From Vicinamibacterales bacterium (GTDB lineage: Bacteria > Acidobacteriota > Vicinamibacteria > Vicinamibacterales > UBA8438), in contig CBDATI010000044.1 in the NCBI GenBank assembly GCA_965199675.1, positions 2,793 through 66,792 on the forward strand: a stretch of 64,000 bases of DNA, in the 5' to 3' direction. Positions 1 to 9,959 of the stretch are shown here, piece by piece. Position 1 is the first letter of the stretch, and each line of letters starts with the position of its first letter. The notes below the pieces were generated by a model, which was not told where the DNA came from, did no database searches, and worked only from the letters and a program-made list of their open reading frames with translations. Both the position numbers and the translations under genes were made by a program.

Positions 1-201
1 CTGATACCGCTTCGCGTGGCTGCCGTCTCGCTGCAGGTTGACGCGGACGGCGACACCCGGCCGACTGAACAGATGATGGCTCCCACGGGTGCGTTCCCTG
101 AATCCCACGGACAACAACAGGCCCCGCAGGTCCTCGAAGCGGACGCTCGCGTCTGATCCGCCGCAGAGCACCATCTTCAGGGTCCGGTCCCGCCGCGTCA
201 T
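1..201 (-). CDS. hicA: HicA-family toxin (runs off the window edge)
   Basis: Not in the ORF track; hand translation from ATG at 201 gives MTRRDRTLKMVLCGGSDASVRFEDLRGLLLSVGFRERTRGSHHLFSRPGVAVRVNLQRDGSHAKRYQ with the HicA GSH motif. Confidence 0.75.
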   Translation of the reverse strand, partial: MTRRDRTLKMVLCGGSDASVRFEDLRGLLLSVGFRERTRGSHHLFSRPGVAVRVNLQRDGSHAKRYQ

Positions 202-240
202 CGGTTCAGCATCCCCCGGCCGACCGCGCGCCCAACCGCC

Positions 241-936
241 CTACAAGCTCCGGACATCGGTGATGCCCCGTTGCTGCAGAATCGCCGCCATGTTCGTCTT
301 GGCGACATCGTCGACGAACCCGCAATCCTTGAAGACGACCCATGTGTCCTCTGCCGCACCGAGCTCTTCGCGCCACGCGACGATGCCCGCAGCGAGTATC
401 TCCACCGCGTCGAGGTCGAGTCCATCGGCGAGACAGACGAACAACGCACCGGCGCCGACGGTGTGAACCGTCCTGCTCGCAATGGTCCGGGTCTCGATGG
501 GCACGCAGAGATCGAGACCGAGCTTTAGAAGCAGTTCGTACAGGACGTCCTGCTCCATGCGTCCGGGCGTCAGATAGTCCGCGTGTTCCAACAGACTGCC
601 TTCGAGATCGTCCGCATTCGGGTCCCAGGCGCCGATGTTGGAGGTGTCGAGCTTGAAGACCCAGAAGCCGAGATCCCCTCCCGCGGCGATGGGCGGCGCG
701 GTGGCAGGGCGCGGTCGGTTACCGTCATCCGACGCACCGCTGCGCACCTGCCTCGCTGCTCGCCGCAGCCGTTCCTTGGTCAATTCAGCGATACTGCGTG
801 GCCTGCCGATCTCGTCGCAGAAGTCCGCGGCTACCTTCTGGTCCTTGTTTTTCGCGTCGAGAGGTTCGGGTAGCTGAACGAGAACACAGTGACGCGTGCC
901 GCCGTCGGCCGCGTTCTGAGCCATAACCGCATGCCC
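241..936 (-). pseudogene. mod: Type III restriction-modification methyltransferase (Mod), C-terminal part only
   Basis: GHAVMAQNAADGGTRHCVLVQLPE, FKLDTSNI and DVLYELLLKLGLDL resemble Mod C-termini. The FxGSGTT motif expected just before GHAVM and the catalytic DPPY region are absent, replaced by IS-like sequence at about 937. Confidence 0.75.
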
Positions 937-937
937 C

Positions 938-1162
938 CGCACCCTCCTCGCCGACCTCGGCACCCTGACTGCCAACACCATGCAGGTTGCCGAAGGCGCC
1001 AACTCCTTCACGCTGCACACCCAGCCCACACCGATCCAGCAGCGCTGCTTCGAGTTGCTCGGGAGCACCCCCCGAATGTAGCCAGAAGCGATACCCCACA
1101 AATCTCGCAAATGAAGCAAATTCAGGAACTTACGCGCGATCACCACCGAAACTTCCGACTAG
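938..1162 (+). mobile_element. IS1634-family remnant (transposase C-terminus plus right end)
   Basis: 938-1081 reads RTLLADLGTLTANTMQVAEGANSFTLHTQPTPIQQRCFELLGSTPRM*, like IS1634 transposase tails, followed by a terminus-like GAAACTTCCGACTAG ending at 1162. Confidence 0.6.
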
Positions 1163-1215
1163 ACCTCACAACGCCGGCCCAAGTCCCAAGACCGAGGACA
1201 TGAACAACAACCGAC

Positions 1216-2854
1216 CTACGGCGAGTCCACATTTGGCATCTGGATCTGCAGCCCCTCCGAATCGTTGAACGGAACCCCCGCAGTCTCGCAGGCCGTCTGG
1301 AGCGCCTTCAGCTTTTGCGTATTCGGCAGATGACACAGTAGCCAGTAGCCACGTGGCAGTTCTACGGCGCTCTTCAGCATCTCAGCATTAGCCGAAAGAG
1401 CCCCCCGACGTTTCGCGAGAACGCGGTTCCGAGGTCCAACGAGCAGAGGAAGCACCCGGTCTGCGAACGTCGCGTCGCGTTCGATGAGCGCTCGGAAAAC
1501 CGCAACGAACGCCTCTTTCGCAGTCCGAGTCGAGTACTGTCTCCCGAACAGAGAGTACTCGACCTTCCGACCTCGAGTACCTGGTTCGGCCTCCTTCGTG
1601 CCTTTGTCGAAAGACGAGACGGCAGCCTGTTCCGGCGAAGAGTCCGCATTTGGCATCCGGATCTGCAGCCCTTCCGGGTCGTTGAACGGAACCCCCGCAG
1701 CCTTGCAGGCCGTCTGGAGCGCCTCCAACTTCTCTGAATTCAGGAGGTTAGCCATCAGCCAGTAGCCACCTGGAAGCTCCCTTGCACCCCTCAACATGGA
1801 AGCACTCGCCGAGAGCTCCTCCCGACGTTTCGCAAGGCGCCTGTTCCGGGGGCCAGACAGGAGAGGAATCGCCCGGTCTGCGAACTTCGGGTCACTTTCG
1901 ATGAACGCCCGAAAGATCGCATAGTACGCCTCGATCGCAGTCCGAGTCGAGTAATGGTTCCCGAACAGAGTGTACTCGACGACGTTCCGACCTCGAGGAC
2001 CGCCCTCGGGCTGATTCGTCCCGCTGTCGGGCGCAGGACCGACAACCTGTTCCGACGGCGCCTGTTCCACCTCATCCCGCGACGGCGCCAACTTCAGGCG
2101 GGCGTTGACGCGCTGCGACAGGAACTGGCGCATCGCCTTGCGTGTCGCGCGCTTGAACGCATCCCGAACCGGGCTCGTCTCCGCGCCCCTGTAGATCTGC
2201 GTCTCGAAGTGCGTGACCAGCGTGTCAGAGGGTTCCGCGAACTCCTTCTCGAGCAGCGCCATGACCTGGCTCTTGTACTTCAGGTCCCCTCGCCGAGTTC
2301 AACACCTTGCTGCGGTTGAACTCCACCTTCGTGAACTGCCTGACATCGTCCGGATCGATGGAGTCCGCATCGAGCATGTTGAGCTCGAGGAACGGCGTAA
2401 GATCCATCACATTCGGTGCATCGATGTCCGAGAAGAACCGATACGTGGCGCCATCGGTCAGGACGCTGATACGCGCACTCGTGACGCTGAAGTAGCGGTA
2501 GAGCTGGTCCGCGTGCTCCTTCGACAGGTCCACGCCGTAGCGCTTGCACTCGAAGAGCATGATGGGCTTGTCGTCGACGAGAATCGCGTAGTCGGCCTTC
2601 TCGCCCTTCTTCCTGCCGACGTCGGCGGTGTACTCGGGAACGACCTGATGCGGGTCGAACACGTTGAACCCGAGCACGTGAGAGATGAACGGCAGAACCA
2701 GTGCGGTCTTCGTCGCCTCCTCCGTGGCGACGGTTCCGACACTCCTATTGATACGCCGCGAGACCTCGCGGATCCGATCCGCCAGGTCCATCCCTGCAAG
2801 TGAGTCCATCAGAGCCGGCCTCTCAACATGAGCGGGTTCGAACCGATACGACAC
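1216..2854 (-). pseudogene. HsdR N-terminal-type PD-(D/E)XK nuclease with two tandem SeqA-like C-terminal domains, split by a +1 frameshift
   Basis: ORF 2225-2854 has TEEATKTALVLPFI, VVPEYTADVG, ADYAI and LFECK. Removing one C from the C4 run at 2286-2289 gives LNSARDLKYKSQVMALLEKEF, joining ORF 1216-2262, which has two roughly 115-aa repeats. True start probably MDLADRI. Confidence 0.75.
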
Positions 2855-3170
2855 AAGTTTACCGGGTTGCGACCGGTCAGCGGCGCACAGCGACGAGCAA
2901 GGGAGGATGGCCCTGCGCGAGTGCCGCCACGAATCTGCGCCCCCAGAGCGGGCGACGCCTCGGGGCGTCTGATCGGCCGGTCGCCAGTGGGGCCTGGGCA
3001 GGGCCGACGTGGGCGCGGAAACGGACGCGCAGCGGCCGGTCGCCGTCCGCCGCTCGAAGACGGATCAGTAGCGTCGGGGGCACGCTCTACCTCGGGACGC
3101 CGACCATGCCGCCTCGACGCCGCCATTGCTGCCGCAAGAACATCAACGCAACACCTACACCTGCGACTAA

Positions 3171-4670
3171 CAGCCCGTGGACGAAGTCGGTTCGCTGAGC
3201 GGGCCTGTTCAAGCAGCTTGGGGACGAGCGGCTGAGCCCCAGGGGGCGACCGGAGCCCATTTGGCCCTCCAGAGGCCGTTCAGACGCCCCCAGAGGCCCA
3301 TGAGGCGTTCGATCAGCCCGAGAATCGCCGAAAGAGCCCGCCCCTGCAGGCTCCGGGGCGTACCGACGCCCGTCAGGCGGCGCAGCAACAGACCCAGGTT
3401 GCAGCCCGCCGCCTGGACCAGCACCCGCTTGCGGACATTCTCATGGCCGCGCACCCACACCCGACGCAGACCCCCGGTCTCATACTGGTGAGCGAAAGGC
3501 CGCTCCACCAGTTCCCCCCGGCAGCGTTGGAGACGACGGCCCCGGTCCCCGCGAATACGCCGACGATTCCCATACAGCGCCGACTGCGCAGCACGCTTCT
3601 CCGGCGGCGTCTCACCCGTCTTCTTGTCCTGCCAGACGCGCCGACCACGCGCCGGCTCCGCGATGTAGCTGCGTACACCAAGGTCGTCGAGCGCCACCAG
3701 CGTCGCGTCGCTGTGATACCCCTTGTCGGCCACCACCTCTTCGACGCCCTCACCGTCAGGCTGAACCGCCTCCACCTGCTCCGCCGCCTTCGTCAGCGTC
3801 TCCGGCAGCGTCGCCGTATCACCCTCCGACGCGTCCTGAACCGTCACCGACAGGAGCGCTCCCGTCTCCAGGTCGACACCGTGCTCCGCCTTGTGGGCCA
3901 GATGCGTCCGACCGTCCTTCATCTTCGCGATCTTCGCGTCCGGGTCCTGCGGAGACGTCCACTCTTCATTCGACGTCTTCCGGCCCTTCCGCGAACGGTC
4001 GAAACGCGCCAACTCCGCCCGCGTCGGCGTCGCAATGCCAGATGCCTCCGCCAGCCCCCGCACGAACGCGTCGTACGAGTCCCCCGTATCCCGACGCTCG
4101 ATGCTCCGCATCGCCGCGTTCGCTTCCAGCGTCGTCGCGTCCACCCCGATCGTCTTCCCCTTCACCAGACCCGCTTCCGACAACCGCTCCAGCACCCACG
4201 TGAACACCGCCGCGTGCGTCTCCACGTCGATCAGACGCCGAGTCCGTGACAGCGTCGAGTGGTTCGGCGTCGCCTCCGTCACGTCCAGATCCAGGAAAGC
4301 CCGCAGGCTCAGCGAATCCGCGACCCGCCACGCAATCGCGCGCTCCGATGACAGACCCTCGAAATACCCGATGAACAGAAGCCGGAAATACCGCCCGGGT
4401 CGCAGACTCGGACGACCCATTCGCTCCGCGTAGAAGACCGCACACAACCCCTCCACGAAAGCGTCGAACCTGGATTTCTCCAGAATCCGATTCAGCCGCT
4501 CGAAGAAGGGATGCCCCGCACTCTTGGGAAGGTCCTCTGCCGTCACCCACATCGGTGGCGCCGGTCGAGCCGCCGGCCTCTTGCCCATCGCCATGCTGTG
4601 AAGTCTACGACACTACAACCACTCAGATCGACCCGATCGGCCCGAATTTGCCGACTTTTTCCACGGGCTG
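3171..4670 (-). mobile_element. Complete IS1182-family insertion sequence, 1500 bp
   Basis: Terminal inverted repeats CAGCCCGTGGACGAAGTCGG (3171) and CCGACTTTTTCCACGGGCTG (ends 4670); CTAA direct repeat at 3167-3170 and 4671-4674; single transposase ORF. Confidence 0.9.
3209..4594 (-). CDS. IS1182-family DDE transposase
   Basis: GRPSLRPGRYFRLLFIGYFEGLSSERAIAWRVADSLSLRAFL (DUF772-like), IGVDATTLEAN, VADKGYHS, ELVERPFAH. Confidence 0.88.
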   Translation of the reverse strand: MAMGKRPAARPAPPMWVTAEDLPKSAGHPFFERLNRILEKSRFDAFVEGLCAVFYAERMGRPSLRPGRYFRLLFIGYFEGLSSERAIAWRVADSLSLRAFLDLDVTEATPNHSTLSRTRRLIDVETHAAVFTWVLERLSEAGLVKGKTIGVDATTLEANAAMRSIERRDTGDSYDAFVRGLAEASGIATPTRAELARFDRSRKGRKTSNEEWTSPQDPDAKIAKMKDGRTHLAHKAEHGVDLETGALLSVTVQDASEGDTATLPETLTKAAEQVEAVQPDGEGVEEVVADKGYHSDATLVALDDLGVRSYIAEPARGRRVWQDKKTGETPPEKRAAQSALYGNRRRIRGDRGRRLQRCRGELVERPFAHQYETGGLRRVWVRGHENVRKRVLVQAAGCNLGLLLRRLTGVGTPRSLQGRALSAILGLIERLMGLWGRLNGLWRAKWAPVAPWGSAARPQAA

Positions 4671-4982
4671 CTAACTCCACACCAGCATGTTTAACATGCT
4701 CTATCGCCACAAGCGAGAGTACCGAGCCCACCACCAGCACATACCAAACCCCGTATTTGATGTAGTCCATGACAAGCTCGCCGACGGAGTGTATCTCGCC
4801 CATCGGTGCTTTTGCCTTGAGGCGCGTACCCGCACAAACGCCACACGGCCAAACAGGCTCCTGAACCCGGAGTATTGGATGCGCGGCAATTTGCGCCATC
4901 CTCACGCCTGTCAGGCGTTACCTCGCCGCCCTCGGTCCAAACGGTGTCTCACCGCGGGCTGCCGCGGCCGATCCCTTCTGCG

Positions 4983-5702
4983 TCAGGCGGGCAACGGCGG
5001 CATGCGCGGGCCCGGGGTGCTGAACGTCATCTCGGTGATCGCCTTGACGCTCCGGTTGCCGTACCGGAACGGCACGATCAGCCGCAGCGGCGCGCCGTGC
5101 CGCGGCGGGATCGGTTCGTCGTTCATCATCCACGCCAGCATCACCTGCGGGCGCCGGAGCGTCGTCATCGGCTCGTCCGCGTAGAACCGATCCGACCCGA
5201 CGAAACGGCAGTAGTGCACCCCGGGGATGACCCCGAGCAGGTCGGCGAAGTCGCTGAACCGGACGCCCGTCCACTTGACGATGCCGCGCGGGTTCGGCGC
5301 CCCGCACTGCAGCAGATACGTGCCGGAGACGACCGGCAACTGCTCGAGGTCCGAGAACCGCAACGTGCCCGAGAGCCGCGCCATGCCGCGCGTGTCGACC
5401 CGGATGGCCATGCGCCGGTAATCGAACTCGATCTGCGGGGTCTGCCGGCCCTGGGTGCGCCACATCAGAGGGTCGGTGATGGGTCCGGCCGCGCTCTCCG
5501 GATGCTCGGGGGCCGACCCGTCGGGCTCGAGCGGCAGCGGCGCAGGGAAGCCCTCGCGCAGCGGCCGTTCGACGAGCGTGTCCGGCCAGTCGTCCTGACC
5601 CTGCGCCAGGGCCGCGGCCGGCTCTGGCCGCAGCACGCCGAGAGAGAGGCCCGCGAGGGTGGAACCGGACAGGGAGAGGGCCTTGCGTCGCGATAGGGTC
5701 AT
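4983..5702 (-). CDS. Tat-exported molybdopterin oxidoreductase, MsrP/sulfite-oxidase-like
   Basis: SRRKALSL twin-arginine signal; LLQC Mo-ligand Cys, KWTGVRFSD, HGAPLRLIVPFRYGNRSVK. Confidence 0.8.
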   Translation of the reverse strand: MTLSRRKALSLSGSTLAGLSLGVLRPEPAAALAQGQDDWPDTLVERPLREGFPAPLPLEPDGSAPEHPESAAGPITDPLMWRTQGRQTPQIEFDYRRMAIRVDTRGMARLSGTLRFSDLEQLPVVSGTYLLQCGAPNPRGIVKWTGVRFSDFADLLGVIPGVHYCRFVGSDRFYADEPMTTLRRPQVMLAWMMNDEPIPPRHGAPLRLIVPFRYGNRSVKAITEMTFSTPGPRMPPLPA

Positions 5703-5826
5703 CGGTGCACCTCCGAAGGTTGCGGTATCGGGATCGCCGAGATTCTACCCGTTCTCGACCGCAGCCGGGCGCCCACGGGCGGACCGTCGGAGTTCCCGTC
5801 GGTTCAATCGCCTCCGCCGGTCGAGG

Positions 5827-6564
5827 TCACGCCCGCGCCGCCAGCCGTTCAGCCGCCTCACGCCGGGCGAACAGGACATCGGCGAGCATCGGCGTGCCGT
5901 GGCGGCACCCCAGGCGGACGTTGCCGCGATAGACGTAGCCGAGGTCGCGCAGGGCGGCGGCGATGTCCTCGAAGGTGGGAGCGGCGTCACCGGCCGCATT
6001 CGGGTAGAAAGCCGCCTCGACGATGACCGCGGCGGCGCGGCGCAGCGTCGCCTCGCCGCCGTGGATGACCTCCAGGTCGAGCCCTTCGGTGTCGAGCTTG
6101 ACGAGCACGTCCGGCTCGAAGCTGAGTTCTGCCGCCAGCCGGTCCAGGGTCTCGACCCGCACCGGAATCGGCTCGTACCGCTCGGCCTCGCCCGGCGCGG
6201 GCGTCGCGAGCGTCGACAGGATGTCGCTTTCCCGGTGCACGTACAGCGGCCGCTCGGACGGCGCGCGGGAGAGCGCCAGCTCGAACACCTGAACCGCGCC
6301 GCCCTGGGCCTCCGCCCAATGCTCGAGCCTGCGGCACAACCGGGGAATCGGCTCGACGCAGTAGACGCGGGCCTCGGGAAAGAGCCGCCGGAAGTGGCGC
6401 GCGGCCCTGCCCTTGTTGGCCCCGACGTCGATCACGGTGCGGACGTCGAGGTTGGTGACGCCCAGCAGCGTCTGCCGCTGCTGGATGTAGTCGGCGAGAT
6501 TCTTCAGGCCGAGCCCCTTGTGAAGGAACCGGAAGAACTGGCGGGACCCGAAGCTCACCGGCAT
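5827..6564 (-). CDS. FkbM-family SAM-dependent methyltransferase
   Basis: VIDVGANKG, VYCVEP, VETLD, LVKLDTEGLDLEVIHG. Confidence 0.85.
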   Translation of the reverse strand: MPVSFGSRQFFRFLHKGLGLKNLADYIQQRQTLLGVTNLDVRTVIDVGANKGRAARHFRRLFPEARVYCVEPIPRLCRRLEHWAEAQGGAVQVFELALSRAPSERPLYVHRESDILSTLATPAPGEAERYEPIPVRVETLDRLAAELSFEPDVLVKLDTEGLDLEVIHGGEATLRRAAAVIVEAAFYPNAAGDAAPTFEDIAAALRDLGYVYRGNVRLGCRHGTPMLADVLFARREAAERLAARA

Positions 6565-6807
6565 CGACGGCGATCATAGCCGGTCCGTAACGCACCGGGA
6601 GTCCGCCCCCTGCCACAGCGCCGACTCCTTGCCCGCTCATCGTCACCTTCGGCTCCGCCCCTTCCTGCGACGCAGACTCCTCGCCTTGGGGCTCGCCGAA
6701 CTCGGCTCGACCGGGTCCGCAAACGCGTGATATCTTCATCGGTTGGGAGCGACCCGATCGCACGGCCGCGCCCGCCTCGACCGACCAACCGACACCGGGA
6801 GACCGAC

Positions 6808-8442
6808 ATGCAACGGCTTGCCACCGCCATCACTCTGCTCACCGCCGCCGCGGGCGCGGCCGCCCAGCCCGCGGACGACGCGACGGGCGCATCACCATCC
6901 TTCTCGCCCGTCACCTGGGAGCGCCTGCTGAACGCGGCCGACGAGCCCGAGAACTGGCTGATGTACTCGGGCACCCTCGACGCCCAGCGCTACAGCCGGC
7001 TCGACGAGGTCCACAACCGCAACGTTGGCGAGCTCGAACTCAAGTGGGCCTACCAGATCCCCCAGCTCGATCGGGCCGAGACGTCGCCGCTGGTGGTCGA
7101 CGGCGTGATGTTCATCACCGAGGCGCCGAGCAACGTGGTCGCCGTCGACGCCGCGACCGGCCGGCAGTACTGGCGCTATGACCACCCCCTGCCCGACGAC
7201 CTGCGTATCTGCTGCGGGCGGAACAACCGCGGCGTGGCGATTCTCGGCGACACCCTCTTCATGAGCACCCTCGACGCCCACCTCGTCGCCATCGACGCGC
7301 GCACCGGCAACCTCGTGTGGGACCGTGAGGTCGCCGACCACCGCTCGGGCTACAGCAAGACCGCCGCGCCGCTCGTCGTCAAGGGCGAGGTCGTCACCGG
7401 CATCGCCGGCGGCGAGTTCGGCATCCGCGGCTTCGTCGACGCCTACGACGCCGCGACCGGCGACCTCACGTGGCGGGCGTGGACGATCCCCGGCCCCGAC
7501 CATCCCGACAACCAGACCTGGGCCGGCGAGTCGTGGCGCACCGGGGGCTCGGCGAGCTGGATCACCGGCGCCTACGACCCCGACCTCGATCTCGTCTACT
7601 GGGGCACGGGCAACCCGGGGCCGGACTGGAACGGGGACGTGCGGCTCGGCGACAACCTCTACTCCGATTCGGTGCTGGCCATCGACCACGAGACCGGCGG
7701 GCTCGACTGGTACTTCCAGTTCACGCCGCACGACGTGCACGACTGGGACGCCATCCAGGTACCGATTCTCGCCGACCTGACGATGGACGGTGAGGAGCGC
7801 AAGGTGATGATGTGGGCGAACCGCAACGCCTTCTTCTACACCCTCGACCGCGTGACCGGCGAGTTCCTCCTCGGGACGCCCTACGCCGAGCAGACCTGGG
7901 CGGTCGGGCTCGATTCGAACGGGCGGCCGATCCGCGTGCCCGACACCGCCCCCACCCCCGAAGGCACTCTCGTCTCGCCGCCCGTCGTCGGCGGCACCAA
8001 CTGGTTCTCGCCCGCCTACAGCCCGCGCACCGAGCTCTTCTACGTGCAGGCCTACGACGGCGAGGACATCTACTACAAGCGCGACGAGGAGTACGTCGAG
8101 GGCGACCGCTACACCGGCGGCGGGTTCCAGCGGCCCCTGCCGGTCGACAACTACCACAGCGCCATCCGCGCCATCGACCCGCGCACCGGCGACATCCGGT
8201 GGGAGTACGCCGTCCAGCCGCGGTCGACGGCCGGCGTGCTGGCGACGGCGGGTGACCTCGTGTTCAGCGGCAGCGTCGACGGCTACTTCTACGCCCTGGA
8301 CGCCTCGACCGGGCGCGAGCTGTGGCACGTCGCGGTCGGGGCCATGGTGCACGCCGCCCCCATGACCTACGCCGTCGACGGGCAGCAGTACGTGACCATT
8401 GCGGCCGGCAACGTGGTGTTCACCTTCGGGCTGCCCCAGTAG
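6808..8442 (+). CDS. Exported PQQ-dependent alcohol dehydrogenase (methanol/ethanol family)
   Basis: Signal peptide from ATG 6808; vicinal CC in ICCGRNNRG, GGEFGIRG, YWGTGNPGP, PHDVHDWDA, repeated Trp docking motifs. Confidence 0.9.
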   Translation: MQRLATAITLLTAAAGAAAQPADDATGASPSFSPVTWERLLNAADEPENWLMYSGTLDAQRYSRLDEVHNRNVGELELKWAYQIPQLDRAETSPLVVDGVMFITEAPSNVVAVDAATGRQYWRYDHPLPDDLRICCGRNNRGVAILGDTLFMSTLDAHLVAIDARTGNLVWDREVADHRSGYSKTAAPLVVKGEVVTGIAGGEFGIRGFVDAYDAATGDLTWRAWTIPGPDHPDNQTWAGESWRTGGSASWITGAYDPDLDLVYWGTGNPGPDWNGDVRLGDNLYSDSVLAIDHETGGLDWYFQFTPHDVHDWDAIQVPILADLTMDGEERKVMMWANRNAFFYTLDRVTGEFLLGTPYAEQTWAVGLDSNGRPIRVPDTAPTPEGTLVSPPVVGGTNWFSPAYSPRTELFYVQAYDGEDIYYKRDEEYVEGDRYTGGGFQRPLPVDNYHSAIRAIDPRTGDIRWEYAVQPRSTAGVLATAGDLVFSGSVDGYFYALDASTGRELWHVAVGAMVHAAPMTYAVDGQQYVTIAAGNVVFTFGLPQ

Positions 8443-8751
8443 TCGAAGTTCGCGTCGCCCGGTGCCCTGCATGCCCAGGGGGTCGGCGGACCGGCGCGGA
8501 CGAACAGGCGCCGCGGCGCAGAGCCCGGGACCTGAAGCATCAGCCCCGCGTGCTCGAAGAGCGAGGCAGAGTCGACGACCTCGCGCCCCGTCGACGAAGC
8601 GTCGAAGAACTCGCGCGCGACACCCGCGTCCCCCGGTCAGCTCGACCGCGCGGCGCGGGTGTCGGCCACGGGGCGGGCTGTGTCTTGACGGCGCCACGCT
8701 CTCCCCGCGCTCGACGCCGAGAAAGCCGGCAGAGCATGAGTGAGGACCGCA

Positions 8752-9588
8752 GTGCCAGAACTGCCGGAAGTCGAGCGGGGCCGCAGGCTCGCGGAGGCGG
8801 TGGCGGCGGGACGGCGCATCGAGGGGGTCTGGTGCGCCGATGACCGGCTCGTGTTCGACGGGGTCGCCCCAGACGACTGGCGGAATGCGCTCGAGGGGCG
8901 GCGGGTCGAGGCCGCGCAGCGCTGGGGAAAGCAGCTCTGGTTCGTCCTCGACCGACCGCCCCATCCCCTCTTCCACTTCGGGATGGCCGGCGGCTTCAAG
9001 ACCCCGGCGTCGACCCCGTTACAGCTCAAGTCGGGGCCGCGAGAGGACGCCGCGGTCTGGCCCCCGCGGTTCCTGAAGATCCGGATGCGCTTCGACGACA
9101 GCGGCGAGCTCGCCATGACCGACGGGCGCCGCCTCGGGCGCATCCTGCTGCGCGACGACCCGCAGGGCGAGCCCCCGGTGGCGACGCTCGGCTTCGACCC
9201 CCTCCTCGCGATGCCCCCGCCGAAGCGGTTCTCCGAGCTGATCCGCGCCCGCGGCGCCAACGTGAAGTCGCTGCTGCTCGACCAGTCGTTCGCAGCCGGG
9301 GTCGGCAACTGGATCGCGGACGAGGTGCTGTATCAGGCCGGCATCGACCCGCGGCGACACGCCAGCTCGCTGACCGACGCGGAAGCACGGCGGATGCGCG
9401 CCCGGCTCGCCGCCATCGTCAAGCGCGCGGTCGCCGCGAACGCCGACGACGCGCGCTATCCGCGCACCTGGCTCTTCCACCGGCGCTGGGGCAAGCGCGC
9501 CGACACGCGGACGGTACGGGGCGAGCGTATCGAACACCTGACCATCGGCGGGCGCACGACCGCGTGGGCCCCAGCCGCGCAGCACTGA
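8752..9588 (+). CDS. mutM: Fpg/Nei-family DNA glycosylase
   Basis: GTG start gives N-terminal PELPEVE; HFGMAG; H2TH motif GVGNWIADEVLYQAGIDP; no zinc-finger cysteines. Confidence 0.85.
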   Translation: MPELPEVERGRRLAEAVAAGRRIEGVWCADDRLVFDGVAPDDWRNALEGRRVEAAQRWGKQLWFVLDRPPHPLFHFGMAGGFKTPASTPLQLKSGPREDAAVWPPRFLKIRMRFDDSGELAMTDGRRLGRILLRDDPQGEPPVATLGFDPLLAMPPPKRFSELIRARGANVKSLLLDQSFAAGVGNWIADEVLYQAGIDPRRHASSLTDAEARRMRARLAAIVKRAVAANADDARYPRTWLFHRRWGKRADTRTVRGERIEHLTIGGRTTAWAPAAQH

Positions 9589-9959
9589 ACCCGAGCGGTC
9601 TCACGCGCGCAGCGACTCCGAGCCGGGGCAACCGCCGCGCCGCGCCAATCATCGAGCCCCTTCGCAGGAGGCGCCCGCGCGCGCAACAAACTCAGAAGGC
9701 CAATATGGCCAAGAGCCACGTCACGAGAGACGGTCGAAGGCAAGCGCCTGACTGGACATCGTCATGGGGACCTCCTCGACTCCCAGGCGGGTGCGTGTCG
9801 TTACCCTGCGCTTTGCCCGAGGCGAATCCGGGTTCTGTCGTCACGAACCGTCGAGCCGCCGAGGGACACCGGTTCTCGGGGGAGGTGGTCCGGGCCCGGA
9901 CGCCGTGGCTCACGTTGACTCGCTGCGCCCCCTTACGACCGACGGGGTAGAATGCCGCG

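Larger units (their letters stand above)
3087..4803 (-). pseudogene. Small (70 aa) two-TM protein gene interrupted by the IS1182 element
   Basis: Removing the IS and one CTAA copy restores MGEIHSVGELVMDYIKYGVWYVLVVGSVLSLVAIEHVKHAGVELVAGVGVALMFLRQQWRRRGGMVGVPR*. Confidence 0.55.

Noticed and set aside
937-1146. N-terminal 70 aa of ORF 241-1146
   Set aside because: Antisense read-through of the IS remnant, not Mod sequence.
2280-2295. Programmed ribosomal frameshift in the nuclease gene
   Set aside because: No recognisable slippery heptamer or stimulatory structure; a simple indel or read error is more likely.
1-4900. Prophage
   Set aside because: No structural, terminase or integrase genes; the content is defence and IS debris.
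9589-9950. ORFs 9692-9913 and 9564-9950, or a structured RNA upstream of HEPN
   Set aside because: No recognisable motif; TTGACT is 27 nt from TAGAAT, too far for a -35.
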